A stretch of DNA of 64,000 bases from contig NW_021832854.1 of the NCBI RefSeq assembly GCF_006345805.1, positions 31,922-95,921 of the forward strand, written 5' to 3'. Position 1 is the first letter of the stretch. Each line of letters opens with the position of its first letter. Below are positions 13,651 to 27,952 of the stretch, one piece after another. The stretch comes from Octopus sinensis. Lineage: Eukaryota. A program made the translations under genes and the position numbers. A model generated the notes under the pieces. The model did not search any database, had not been told where the DNA came from, and saw only the letters and a program-made list of their open reading frames with translations.

Positions 13651-14520
13651 TTTGTTGTAGTGTTATCAATGTGCTGTCAGCGTGTGATATATGACAAAGA
13701 TGATGAATTCATTTGAATTTCCTTTCACTATGCTCTCACATTATAAACATGTTTGTTATGTGCCTACACTTGGTCCTTTTGATACTTTGTTATAGTTCTT
13801 GCTTATTATTACATTACTTGTCCTATAAACTGAGATTAGACTTAGTACAGAAAAGGTATCAAGCTGTTGGATCAGGTAATGAAGATCACAGAGAGGGTCA
13901 TAGCCCAACTAATTAGGGAGAGAGTCAGTATAGATGAGGCTTGGTGCACAAACACAAAACTTCTTGATGACCTTAGAAACACTGATTTTCCATTTAAATC
14001 TGATGTAAATATTTCTCAATTAAAACATTTTGCTATTATTTTATGACCTGATTTTGTTATCAGTTAACACTGCATTCTGTCTGGATTTCAGTGTGTAGTA
14101 AATGAGGTGTCACACTAAAACTTCAGGTTTCCACTTTAATAACTATAAAGCTTATAATATTTTCCAGATTTAGATTAAATATTTGGAAATGTGTGCAATT
14201 TCAACAAAACTTATGTGTGGAAACATGACTATAGGATTGAAGTTAAAACATTTGATTTCCTATGATAAATGTTTGACTGAAACCTTAATATTGCAAATAA
14301 TTTTCAGAAAACAAGCACTTAATACAAATGAAAGAAAATTATATATGTATTGTTATGGATGGACGTGTATAGATGCATGTTATTGCAATCTGCTAATGTC
14401 TAGTTTTTTCCCACTCTCTCTTAAGATTAATATTACAAAAATCAAGTTGGTACTTTTTTATTTTACTTTATCTCTCTCTCCCCCTCCCTCCCTCTCATAT
14501 ATATATATATATATATGTAT

Positions 14521-17500
14521 ATAATAATAATAATATAATAATAATAATAATTGTGTACAGTGCTCAGGTGCACTACAACTCATCTAAAGTGTATATATAA
14601 TCAGGTGTAGTTTCGGCGGATTTCGGAAAGCATGAGGGCCTTAAAAGATGCAGTGTCATGGCAGTCAACAACTGACGCAGGCAGTTTATTCCATGCTTCA
14701 GCAACTCTGAGCGTGAAAAAATGTTTCCGAAAGTCGTGAGAGCTGTATTGTTTTCTGACTTTGTAGGCATGTCCACGTGTGTTAGACACATGGAGATCAA
14801 AAAGGTGTTCAGTGTTGTTGTTGGTGAGGTGGTTGATAACTTTGTGGGTGTTTACCAAGTCCGTCGCCAGACGCCGGAGCTTCAGTGAATCCATGCCCAG
14901 GGAAACAAGGCGCTCAGAATATGGTAGGTGTCTGATGGAGGGTATGCGTTTGGTTGCACGTCTCTGGACAGATTCCAGGAGGTCAATGTTCTGTGCAAGA
15001 TAGGGGTTCCAAACTGATGATGCAAATTCCAAGTGTGGTCGTACCATAGCTGTATACAGTTTTAAATAGATGGCTGGAGAGCGGCTAACAAAAGACCTGC
15101 TGAGTGATGCCAAGACACCCTCGGCCTTCCTGACAATCTTAGAGATATGCTTTGTCCAACGCAAATCACTGCTGACAGTGATACCTAGGTCACGCTTGCA
15201 AGAGGATTTCTTGATATCAGTGTTGTGGAGGGAGTATGTGAACGCAGGGTTTTTCTCCCAAAATGCATGGTGGTACACTTGTCCACAGCCAGTTTCAGTT
15301 GCCAGTCTGTGATCCATTGCTGCATTGTGTCTAGGTCTGATTGCAGGAAAGAGTTGTAGACATCAGGATCTGTCCTCTTGATTTCAAGGTACAGCTTGAT
15401 GTCGTCTGCATATTTCAATACTGTGGCATTCTTTAAATTGGCATCTATGTCGTTAATGTATGCCACAAACAAGAGGGGACCAAGGACAGATCCCTGTGGT
15501 ACACCCGATGACATCTCATATGGTGTAGAGTGCTGTCCTAGAACTGTGACAACCTCCTTTCGGCTGAGGATGAAGGATTTCAACCAGTTAAAAAGGTCAT
15601 CCCCCACACCCATTGCAGAGAGTTTCACCATAAGCCTTTTGTGTGGCACAGAGTTGAAAGCCTTAGCAAAGTCAAGGTAGACAACATCCACCCATGAGCC
15701 ACTGTCAGTAATCTGAGTAATGTCCTCAAGGAACTCGACAAGCTGGTCACTGCAGCTGGAGTTAGGGACAAATCCATATTGTGAGGGTCGGATGAGACTG
15801 TGAGAGCTCCAGAAGTTCCAGAGTGTTTCTCTGACACACGATTCCATCAGTTTTGCAATACAGCTAGTGAGACTGACTGGGCGATAGTTGACAGGTGATG
15901 TGCGGTCACCCTTTTTGAACAGAGGAATGACACTGGCAGTTTTCCACTGCTCCGGAGTAGCACCATTGTTGAGACAGTACTGGAAGAAAATAGAAAGCTG
16001 GTGTAAAAGGAAGTGCCTGCCACGTTTGAGAAGCAGGTATGTAACTCCATCGAGACCAGGGGAGGCATAGTTGCGCTTATTTTGAAGGTGACGTCGCAGC
16101 ATTGCAGGTGTAAATTCCATAGTTGTTATGGAGTTTGCTGTTAGTGATGGTGAAGATGGTACATCTTGACTTTCAACAGTGAATATGTTTGCATAGCACT
16201 CGGCAATGAGTTCTGCGCATTCCTTGGGGTCGTCAGTGATCTGGTTTGTGTGAGGGTTGCGAAGAGGGCCCACTGGAGAGTGAGGTCTCTGCTTTGAGTG
16301 CACATATTTCCAGAAAACCTTACTGTCAGGATTGGCTGCTATGCACTGTTCAAATTCAAACACTGCTTTTTTTGTTACTTGCTTGAGATGGTTGGATTTA
16401 TTCCGCTTCTTCCTGTTGGTGTCTGATTTATGCAACCTGTATTCCTGTTCAGCAGTCCGACGTTCCCTCCTGGCAAGTCGGACCGCTGAAGTTTCCCAAA
16501 TTGCCCTTTTGGGGCGGTTCTTCTTTTTTTGTTTACGTGGCACTGATGCTGCACATGCTGCCCATATTGAGTCCAGGATACTCTGGAGTATAGTATTCAC
16601 ATCTCCAGAGTTGTAGAATTCACCAGTTTGGGTGCTGTAGTTCAGTGTGGTACAGGTTCCAATCTGCTCTCTTCCAATCGAAGGAAGCAGATTGGAGATG
16701 GTTCAGGTTTTTGTTGCCCGCAAGAGCCAGATTGGCGATGATCATAGCATGATCAGAGTCACCTAGAGGTTCCTCCGTAGTGCAATTGATAACCGCTTCA
16801 GGAGTTGTGGTGAAGAGCAGGTCCAAGGTGTTGTCGCCTCTTGTTGGAGAGGTGACTACTTGTGACCAGTTTGAGTCCAGCACAAGCTCAACAAAATCGT
16901 TTGCACTCTGTGGCCAATGGAAGGTCTCCCAATCGATCTCAGGATGATTGAAATCGCCTGCAATAAACACATAAGTGGCTGTTTTCCTGGCAGCAGCTCG
17001 GAGGACATTGCAAAGCTGTGTGTCCCGATGGTAACTTGGGGGACGATAAACAACGCCAAGCAGGAGTGTTGACATGGTCATACCACGTCACAGAAAAAAA
17101 CTTCTTCTTGTGATTCGTTCAAATCGGCACAAGGAATTACCAAAAAATTTGAACGAACGTAGACCATCACACCACCACCACGGCGGTTAGTGCGGTCCTT
17201 ACGGAAGAGGTTGTACCCCGTAATGTTGAAAACCCCATCACAGAGTAAGGAATGCGCCCATGTTTCCGTGACAGTGATGAAGTCAGGGTCAACACTTCTG
17301 ACGTAGGCGTTGAACAAATGTATTTTGTTGCATAAACTGCGAGCATTTAAGGACAACAATTTGTACCCTGCTCGCAGTTTATGATGGTGTGTAGAGGATG
17401 GCAGGTTGTTCTGGCTTAGTTTCCCTGAGTTGCTGTAGTCTTTTTAGTTATTGTGGGTAGAGAGCACTCAGACCAGCTGGTATCTCTCTTCCACGTTTCA

Positions 17501-17556
17501 GCAGTCTTGACAAATCTCCAGATTTGTCCATCTTGACAAATCTCCAGATTTGTCCA
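14521..17556 (-). mobile_element. CR1-type LINE: complete ORF2 (APE+RT) with frameshifts, truncated 5' in the end of ORF1
   Basis: ORFs 17078-17359 (SLNARSL, ITVTETW, RRGGGV), 16620-17081 (GDFNHP, LGDSDH), 15185-16600 (NYRPVSLTS, YLDFAKAF, SGVPQGSVLGP, YADD at 15401-15412) and 14601-15317 (TRGH...WNKLP). The 3' hairpin agtgc-acctga-gcact is followed by an (ATT)n tail at 14521-14551. Confidence 0.93.
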
Positions 17557-18326
17557 TCTGTCCATATGTATGCAGAGAAACACAGGCACATAAAATGTTG
17601 TTTGCTGAATAAGTTCCTAAATACAAAGAAAGCACTTATTGAATCTACAATCTTAAGTTAATATTTTTAAATATTTTTGTTATTTAGTTAATGTCATTTC
17701 ACTTATTGTTTCACTGGAGGCGAAATTGTGAACAGCATAACCTCCTATTTACTAAGAGCACTCAGTTGAATTAAAAAGTAGAGAATAAAACTAAGTTACT
17801 GACATTAGTGATTTACTTTACTTTTTTAAATTTTTAATATCTTAGAGTTTTACTTCTCCACATTCTGAGTTCAAATCCTTCTTGAATTAACTTTGCATTT
17901 TATCATTCCAGTCTTGATGAATATTCTTTCTCCACAAAAATTAGTATTGCACTTAATCAAAAGAAATTAAATTTTTCTACTTTTGTTTTGGTACAAAACT
18001 ATCTTTGGATGGATGAAGTGTAATTACTTGAATTGTCCTTGGCACACTGTTCCTGGCTAATTCCTTGCTATGGAAATGCTTACCATGATGTAAACTGATG
18101 TTCATATCTTCATTCTGTATCTGTGTATGAAGACACACCCACCCACACATGTAATTTAATGTATATTCATTAAACTAGATATCTAATTTAATGAAATGTC
18201 AAGCATAAGCCAATTATTCTCAAATTGATCCATTTCAATGAATATTTGTGATCCTCTATATTTCTTAAAGTATGTCTGTAAAATTTCTAATTGGCTATTT
18301 GTAGTAGTAGTTCTTCAGATTGCAAT

Positions 18327-18400
18327 GTCATGATTATCTTATTTGTCAACATTATTCATTAGCGTCATGATTATCTTATTTGTCAACATCATTCATTAGC
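18327..18400. repeat. 37-bp tandem duplication (2 copies, 1 mismatch)
   Basis: gtcatgattatcttatttgtcaacat(t/c)attcattagc at 18327-18363 and 18364-18400. Confidence 0.95.
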
Positions 18401-21400
18401 TTCCAGATGCTCTTTTCATGTTTATTACTTTATTTGTTTGCTGATGATGATGATTCAGTTAATTAATAACAATGATAATGCCACCAACATCTTCCTACTA
18501 CCATTCTAAGGTATATAGCATGCTGAATTTAATTGGATAGCTTATCAAAGAAAATCCTGAATATTGAAATATAAATGATTCAGCTGTGATGATGTCTGTA
18601 TTTTGTGAGTTAATCCTGTAAACAATATGGCTTTTTGGATGGCTCTAGAAATTTATAAGCTGATAATGCCAATTTTATCTCTAACCCTCTCCTTCATTCT
18701 CTTTCTCATCAATTTTCATTTAATTTTTATTTCAGTTTTTGTGTAATTCATTAGTGTTTTCCAATTATTTTAATTTCTTCCATGTTCCATTTCATATCCA
18801 GCTGAAAATAACTGACTGAACATGTGCATGAAATTTCCATTTATTTATTTAAATTTTTACTTTATTAGTTTGAAATTTCTAATCTTACGCTTTTTGTTAA
18901 TTTGCTAGAGGACATTGCCTTCAATTTCTCATAATAAACAGGAAATCCTTCTCTATGATAGCTAAGGACATACTATATGCCATAGCCAAAAGTTATTGCT
19001 ATTTGTCATTTCTCTCAACCAGTATATTTTGTTGTACCCCACTTTCTCTGAGTATATGTATGCATTTGCATATTTATGTGAATGCATGCACATGTTAAAG
19101 AAAATACTACAAAAAGAGACTTTTATAATCTATTAAAGCTACTCATCTTTTTAGTTGTTTGACATATTACAACTTATCTTTCATCATTTTGTAAGAATAT
19201 TTATAAAAAATATGTCGATTTCTTATTTAAAATTATGAATAAAATGTCAGAAGCCAGAAAAGTTGAAAAGTAAAAAGTAAGGTTTGCATTTAAAAGAGTG
19301 TTTTGTAATAAAAAGGTGGGGACAAAAAATTGTAAATTGATGACCGAAGTCTTTATGAAGTACATAGTTACTATACATCTTGCATTTCCAAAATAATTTC
19401 ACCTGATTTTATTTGTAACTTTCAAGTTTAAAAAATTTGGCTAATAGAACTTACAAAAATATTCCAGCTGTTAGAGTTGCAGAGGTCATTTTAATGTTTA
19501 TGTCTTCATAAATCCTTTCATGCAAAATCAACATAATATGTTTAATGTAAAGAACATAGAGCTTGATAATGTTACCAGAAAAAAATTAAGTGGTAAGGGA
19601 AAAATAATATAATCTAATATAATTCTTAGTCTTTTGTCAACAATTCTGGACATGCTTTAAGTTTTATTTGACTGCCTCAGTAAAGTGTAAACTTTAGAAA
19701 ATCGCAAAGTATAGTAGGCATAGAAAAGTTAGAATTATTTGGAAAATAAATTTACCTAGAGCTGTTATTCACATGAATTGTCCAATTTTAAGCGAACTAT
19801 TTGTAATTAATCATAAATTTAACATTATGATATCTTTTTATGTTTCACTTGTTTGTTGAGTTGAAAACACAATATTTTCATGGACCACTTCACTTACAAG
19901 ACCAAATATTTTCCTGCCTCAACTACTTCTAGTTTTTCTCAATTCTTGACATGTCTTTTTGAAATGAATCTTTTTTGAATTCAGTCACATTGTACAAAAA
20001 TTACTCCTTATGAATCAAACTTTCCCTTTGTGACTATTTAGGAAGTCTAGTGTTTTAGGACCATGTTAGGTTTTTAGAAAGGGAGAATTTGTTCAAAGGA
20101 AAATCTGTGTGATGATGTTTCTCTCACATTTATTTTAAAAATCCTTTATAGGGTTTCTTAATATTGTAGTTTGTTAAACTATAACTCTTGAAAGTATGTT
20201 CACTAAATGTACAAAATGCTTAATATTAGTTAGTTTTAACACCACCACCACCTTTGAGTAGGTGCCTTTGGTAGGTTCACACATTGCAAGTATTTATAGT
20301 TGATCACTCATTTGAGGATAACTCACAAGCCATGACTTCTTCCTCTCTTTCTCCAGTCTCAAAGATCCTACACAAAGAATCAAAAGCCCTGTCCTTCTTA
20401 TTTTTATTAAACTATAGAAAGATTTTTTAAAATTTGCATTTCATTTGTTATACATACTGTGCTTTTCTAGTTTCCAATGTTATTTATTCATATTATTTTT
20501 GATATTATAGTGGTGTAAGATTTTGTAGTTAAAATGTGTGTTTTTATAAATATTTTTGTCTGTCATTGTTAATTTCCCTGCCCTCCATATCTTTAATTTT
20601 TACAAATGATGCATATATTTTTGGACACTTACTGATTTGTTAATACATTATACCAGTCTTTTTCTTCTATTAAGCATACATTATGTATAAAAGCATATTC
20701 CGCTTTTATTTCAATCTGTAGAAACAACTTCCTCTCATATTATTAGTCATAGACTTTATTTTACATTCAGGTAAATGTCCACCAGATGTGATCTTGTTTT
20801 ACACAGATGTCTACTTGCTATTCAGTATAAATCTTTTCACAGCAAGTACATATGTTCTGCTGAAATATTTAAAATAATCCACAGGATTTTATGTTTGTAG
20901 GTTTTTTTCTGATTAATTTGTCACACATGTGCAAAAATTCTTGACACAAATATCATAATTCCAGTTTGTTGTATTTTATCTCAGAAAGAAAGAGTCAGGG
21001 ATTCAAAGTCTTTGAAAAATAAGTTTTTTCCTAAAAATATTTTAATTCATTAAATATATTGAAACAATCACATTGTATAACTCCCATTCCCACTGCCATA
21101 GCGTCTCATTCATAACAATAATATGTTTTCAAAATGTTTGTTAATATGAACTCATAGCTAAATTAATGTAAGTTAAAACTTTTTAGTGGAACAAATACAC
21201 AACATAGTTTATTATTTCTTTGTGCCAAATTTGAAATTAACTTCAGAAAGATGTTTAAACTCAACAAAAATTATGCTTACAATAAGGCTGAATGAACAAC
21301 AATCCTTTTTCATAGTATATTGAATTTTTAATGGTGTAAATTCCAACATAGCTGATGGCTTACACACAATGGTGTGAATTCTTTTAGTATGAGTAAACTG

Positions 21401-21502
21401 CAAAGAACTTATGATGCATTTCACACATATCTCTTTCAAGTTGCTTTCTTGAGGATTGAATGAATAAATTGGTGCAGGAAAATATAATTAATGATATTTA
21501 AG

Positions 21503-21890
21503 CCACAGACTTGGCTGAATAATGAAAAAGTCTGCTTCCCATTTGGTTTCAGGTTCAGTCCCTCTGTGTAGCACCTTGAGCAAGTGTCTTCTGTTATAGT
21601 CCTAAGCTGACCGAAGCCTTGTGAGTGGATTTGGTGTGCAGAAACTGTATGTGCATGTATTTATGTCTGCTTGTCTTGACAGTACATAATAGTTGTATAT
21701 GAGCATCAGTCATACAAGTGGTTTAGTTCATTTGCAATTTCATATAAAAGCATTCAGCCCAAAGGAAGTATTACCTTACTTGAAATCTGATAAGGGCTGG
21801 TAACAGAAAGGTCATCAGGCCAAAGAAAATCTGCCTCAATAAATTTCATCTGACCCATGGAAAAGTGAATGTTAAATTGACGAGGAGGAG
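21503..21890 (+). mobile_element. Degenerate CORE-SINE with RTE-type tail (tail type b)
   Basis: ggttcagtccctctgtgtagcaccttgagcaagtgtctt head/CORE; tail ...gaaaatctgcctcaataaatttcatctgacccatggaaaagtgaatgttaaa. Confidence 0.7.
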
Positions 21891-23519
21891 GATAATTAAG
21901 TTTGCTTCATAGCTCGTGTTTTATGAAAGCATACTTTTCGAGCCTAACAGTGAGATCTGTAGTTTAATGGAAGAATATACGTAATTCAATATGTTTAGTA
22001 TGCTTGCTATTTATAATTTTTTATACTTTGTTTTGTGTTTGTTAGAACTATCCAGTGTAAAAGTGAAATAAAATCTAACAGTAATTGAAAACAAAGCATA
22101 GGACCCACAATGCTCACATCTACATCTAGCTTAAGGTACATTTTAAACTCAAATAAATTGGGTGGTTTCGTTTTGGTTGGAATAAGACTAAATGTTGTTT
22201 TGACAAGTGTCAAGCACTTCATTTTCTACTTCCCTAATAGGAAAAGAAATCAAGATAATAATATAAACTATGTTCTTTTTCTTTCTGTTTTTTTTTTTTT
22301 TGTGTGTGTAACCATTATTTTTATTTTTAAATGCTAGATATTTAGTTTATTTTACTTAAGCAAGAAAATTTAGAATTAAAGACAAAAGCTGAATGACACT
22401 GAAATAGGAAACTAATTAATTTAAAACAACTTAAGTTTTTAACATATTTAATATTTCAGTTGCTTCTCTAATCTTGCTTCCTTGCTAATTCCACTTGTCT
22501 TCTATTTAATAGCAAAACTTACAATCAAAATTCAATTCTTGTTCACACTATCCTAGAAATACTTTTTTCTTCAGTTACATGTTTAGTAACTGGTGTTTAA
22601 ATTGTTTTTTGGTAATTACAGCTGATTTTATGTATTTGTTTTTCATAGAAAGATTAAGTGATATAGTAGCATAATTATGCCTGAGTGTTCATTCAAACAT
22701 ACCCCACCAACCTTGTTTTCTTAACCTTTTCAAAATTTTTCATTCATTTTATAATTCGATTTTATCACTTCATATCTTATAATTTTAGTTATACCAACTT
22801 TTTTCCATCCTAGCATTTTTCATCTAAAGTGTCTTCACTTTTAAATAGTATTTAAAATGATTTAGATTTTTGTATTTATACAGTTTATGTATATATCGAT
22901 TGTATAGCTTGTATATCATGTGGCTTTATATTGTGAAGACATTTATTTTGTTCTTTTACCTTTTTACTTACATTTGGTTTCAGAAATTCATTTAACTTTG
23001 ATATCCTTCATATTTTCATGTTTCCATCACATGATCCCATGTCTAAACAATTTTTGATAATTTGTACATTTGTACTGTTGACTCATTTTATATTTTATAT
23101 TTTTTTAATATTTTTTATTTATTTTATTTTACCCATCAAGGTAGTATCTCCCCTTAGACATACTTTATCTTTGTGCCAGTTCAAAACTTCCTCTATTTAA
23201 ACTAAAGTTTTGGAAGTATAGTGTAATTGAAGCCTGATGAATGTATGATGAATGCCTGATGAATGTATGGGAAACTATTAGTTTCGTGATAAGTACTTGT
23301 AGTTGAAATGTCTAGTAATATATAAAAGAAGAAAAAGTAAATGGTGATTGAGTATTTAATAATTGTTTATTATTAACAACAAATTAAAAATTCTCACTTA
23401 CAGCTGTTTCAATTACAACTCATTGAATTAATTGAATATTAAATTCATAAGCCTTGAGCATAATATCTTCAGAGGGAAAAAAATGATACCCTTGGATGTT
23501 TTATATATGTAGACCCTCA

Positions 23520-24670
23520 GCTTACTCAAGAAATGAAATGGCATGCTATTATTTTGGTTATAAAGGCTGAGCATAGCAATTTAGCAATATCTCAATTTTT
23601 AAAGGTTACCAGATCTTTCGCCTATAAAGTTTGTAAGGAGCTAGAGACTGAAGATGGAAATGTATCACCCGTATCAAAGCATAAAGAGCATTCTAAACAC
23701 TTTGAAATCATCAGAACACCTGAATTTATCCAGCAAGTTCAACAGGCCATTGATTACATTCCCAGAAAGTCCATGAGGTCAATTGCAAAAGATCTCCATG
23801 TGTCAGAAGGAACTTTCAGAAATGTCCTAGAAGACATCAGATATAAGTCTTATATGATGAGGAAAGGTCAATTTGTCAGAAAAAGCAAAAGAAAATCACT
23901 GGATCAGATCTAAAAGGCTCTTAAACAAACTGAAAGATGCAGCAGAAGATTTGATTTGGTTTTTCTCAAACGAGAAAAACTTCAACCAAGATCAAAAACA
24001 TTAATAGAAGAAATGACAGATGGTTATGTGCAGACCCTTCTGAGGTTCCAAGTGTTATGCATACAAAATTTCCTGCAACTGCTATGGTTTTAGGGGTTGT
24101 CAGCAATGAATGGCATGTGACGCCTCCTTACTTCTTTCCACAAGGCCTTAAATTTAACTCTGCCACCTACATTAAGGTCCTGGAAATAGTTGTTAAGTCC
24201 TGGATAGACTGTGTATACAATAGAAGACTGTATGTGTTACAGTAAGACCCTGCACTATCAAACATGGCTCTAGTAACACAGGAATGGATGGCTGAAAATT
24301 TTCATGATCACATAACCCCTCAAATTTGGCCTCCTAATTCCCTAGATCTCAATCCATTGGACTATTACATGTGGAGCATTGTTGAGAGAGAGGTCAATGA
24401 ACGTGCCTATAACACCAAAGTTTCTTTAAAAGCTGCAATAGTCAGAGTAATGTCCAAAATGAACCAGGACCACTTTATTCAAGCATGTAGATGATTTAGA
24501 TCTCCTACAGAAGCAGTTGTTGAAGGTGAAGGTGGCTTTATTGAATAACATTATAGAAAAGAAGTTATATTTTTATCCTCATAGAATTTTTTGATAAATA
24601 AAGTTATGTTATTATATATATCTGTTTTGTTATAAACATAAATCTGTCCTCAAATATCTTATGCACCCTG
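23520..24670 (+). mobile_element. Tc1/mariner transposon, DD37D (maT) family, decayed; left TIR not found
   Basis: Transposase fragments 23533-23913, 24057-24245 and 24264-24494 (WFFSNEKNF, MVLGVVS, Q*D...WPPNSLDLNPLDY, with 37 residues between the 2nd and 3rd D). Right TIR tcctcaaatatcttatgcaccctg at 24647-24670 is followed by TA. Confidence 0.88.
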
Positions 24671-24688
24671 TATATATATACATACATG

Positions 24689-24979
24689 TGGAGGCGCAAT
24701 GGCCCAGTGGTTAGGGCAGCGGACTCGCGGTCATAGGATTGCGGTTTCGATTCCCAGACCAGGCGTTGTGTTTATTGAGCGAAAACGCCTAAAAAGCTCC
24801 ACAAGGCTCCGGCAGGAGGTGGTGATCCCTGTTGTACTCTTTCACCACTCTTTCTTCTCTTGGCCTGCTAGCTTAGCCAGCGGGGTGGCGTCATTCGAAG
24901 GCTAAAACAATGCGAACGCATTGTGACCAGCAATGTGTAACAACATCTGATGGTCTGGTTGGTCACGTGATCACGTGAT
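24689..24979 (+). mobile_element. Young tRNA-derived SINE (second family, OK/OR1-like)
   Basis: A box tggcccagtgg, B box ggtttcgattcc, CpG-rich, 3' hairpin caatgcg-aa-cgcattg, tail ggtcacgtgatcacgtgat; inserted in (TA)n beside the mariner TIR. Confidence 0.85.
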
Positions 24980-26234
24980 ATATATATATATATATATATA
25001 CATATATATACACACACACACACATAAAATGATTTGTCTGTTTAGCATCTGTTTTAGATTGGATTGGGACTTAGTTGTGGAAGCATTTTGCAGCTAGATG
25101 TCCTCCTTGTAGCTAACTCTTGTTTATATTTAACTAGTTTTTTGTAGCTGATTTTTGAGAAAGGTTTGGGCATTTTCTCTATGAGTACGTTATTTGAGGT
25201 TGTTAATCTAACATGAGGTGTGATGTTACCTAGTTCTTAATGATGCTAATTACATTTAATATTGGGCAAAGTTTAAATACCATGTTCTGTGAGTAGATGA
25301 GATAATGGATTTAACAAATAGAATAAAGAGCAATATTGTTAAGCTGCCACTCTGCAGGAGGCCATTTTGATTTTGGTAATAAATGTATGTGTGTTTATTC
25401 TGGTGTATTATGAACTTAGAATGTATTTTCTCTTTCATTATTACTATTAAGATTGTGTAGATATATCAAATGGAGATGGCTTAAGAGTATATATATTTCT
25501 TGCTCTGGTGTAGGCCTCCATAAGATGCACCGTTTTTACTCTTCCTTTTTACCACTTTTTTTGCATTTATTGGATAAACATCTGCATCATGCTGCCTTTT
25601 TATTAGAAAATTATGATGCATGCTTAACACAAGCAGTAACTCTAAAAGGTACAATGAAATGTAGCAATTGTGTAAGCTGCAATAAAATTCTACATAAGGC
25701 TGGGCAAAATCCAGGAGAACTGAACTAGAATAGCAACATAAGTAGTTTTTATTGCACCCATGCATTTTTGTTTCCTTTCCTGGAGAAAGGGAAAGTAATA
25801 TTTTTGTGTTTATAAGGAATTAATAGGGGATACTTTTACTAACAATACACTTGGAATACTGTTATTCAGACAAGAGGTTTTATATTTGTATGTAACAATG
25901 ATTGACTTCAACACTGTAGGACACTCAGCTCTTCATCTATTTTTAGTCAATTTGCCTCTCCACATCTCTATGCTTTTCTTAATTCTTACTGTCTCTGATA
26001 ATTAGGTATATTGTGGGAGAGTGGGAGAAGTATTACTTTTCCATTTGGCTATTGCAACTTAATCTCTTTCAATAATAAAATTTTCTGTTGCATTTTCCTA
26101 CTTTTCTGATGACTTCTTATGATCTCATAATACGTTGTTGGCTGTATTTTGTTATTTTTATTTAGGCTGCAGTATAAAGCGATAAACAATAACAGCATTT
26201 GGTAACAAAAGTAAAGAGAATTGCCAATTGCTAA

Positions 26235-26460
26235 CCAAGTGAAATCGTATTCATGGCCGATGCCAGTGCCATCTGACCGGCACCTATGCCAGTGGCATGT
26301 AAAAAGCACCATTCGAGCGTTTGGCCTCATGGAAGCAGTGACCAAGACCTTTGGCGATATACCATGCTTGTGTAGACCTGTCAAGCCAATTGAGAACATA
26401 GTCAAGGCTGATGCCAGTGTCAGGTCATTGGCACCCATGCTTGGTATTTTTCCTTACATT
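26235..26460 (+). mobile_element. RTE LINE 3' fragment (ORF end and 3' UTR units)
   Basis: gccgatgccagtg...tgccagtggcatgtaaaaagcacc and gaagcagtgaccaagacctttgg resemble the RTE ends at 51830-52075 and 56128-56400. Confidence 0.6.
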
Positions 26461-27952
26461 CTTACTGGTGCTTGTTGGTTTTAGTTACTGTGAAACTATA
26501 AAATAAAATTGTACTGTACAAAGTAAACTTGGTGTTATATACAAGATGTAGTTGTAATCTAAAGTAGCTCAATGCTTTTATCTAAAAAGACTTGAAATCT
26601 CATTGCATTATTAGGTTTATCAAAACTCTACCATAAATACTTCCCTTGTGAATTAACAAATTTTTCATGCAACTTTTCAACTTGCTAGAAATAGCAGCCA
26701 AGTTTATTTGGAACTGCATCCTGCCATTTAAAATTATGTAGTCATGTCTAGAATATCTTTAATCATAGGTCTACTTGCTCAAGGCTGACCTGGAGTTAAA
26801 CTATTAATACTATTGCTTCTTCTTCCACATAACAAACTGTCACATTATCTTTTTATCAGACAGAGGCAAGGCATATGCTAGATTTATGGACTGAACATGC
26901 AATTTAAGCTAATTTGATGCCATTGTTGATAATCCCTTATTTACTTCAATATTTCAATGTTCTCTCAGTATACTGATTACACATTTATTACTGGATTAGT
27001 GCGGTACTGTATATAAATTGAGTCACTTGCACATTTTCTGCAGGGTTGGTTTAATCTGTATATACAGTTCATGTTACACTTTGGAAAAATATTTATTATC
27101 TGGATTTTATAAAAAGCTAATTGCTTCCAATTTTTTTATATTTTCTGTTGAAAAATTCCCTTCTTTATCATCATCATTTTAACATTCACTTTTCCATGCT
27201 TGCATGGGTTAATGGAATTTGTTGAGGTAAATTTTCTATGGCTGGTTGCCTTTCCTCTTGCCATCCCTTAGTTGAGCTCAATTGGTCACTTGTTTCTATA
27301 TGCTTATATGCTTCCACACCCTTGTTTATGCAATTACCAACCTTTTCTATTTGATAATCTCTACCACAAATACATGTGTGTGTATTCACCAATACATTTG
27401 AATAAATAGACATACTGGATTGTTTACAGGCTGATGTCTGTCAATTTTATATCTTCTACACTTTCTTATCTCTTATTATAAAAGGCAGATTTTATCTGCC
27501 TCCCTTTGTCAGTTATAGAAATCTACAATATAGGATTTCTTCAATTACAATTTACCTAGCATTTTTAAGAGTAGAATGCCAGGTCCAGTTTTTAAAATTT
27601 AAACTCCAATTAAGCAAAATTTACAGAAAACTCACATTCTGGTGTGTATGTCAAATGCTTTTCTTAATGTGGTTTACACCACATGCCCACGCACACGCAC
27701 ACACACAGTGTGCAACGAATAAAATGAAAGTAATTCACTGTGTGTGTGTTGACAGGTAGACAATAGAATGCGATGGCGATGGCGATGTAATATTTGTTTC
27801 TGTCTATCACGCTGATAGATACATGAGTAAAATGTATGGCAAGCTAAGAGATAAGAGTGAGTGAAAATGTTCTTGGAAGAGAGTAAATAGCAAGAGTGAT
27901 TTGAGGAAGACTTTACATTAAATAACCGTAGTGGCTTGTATATATATATATA

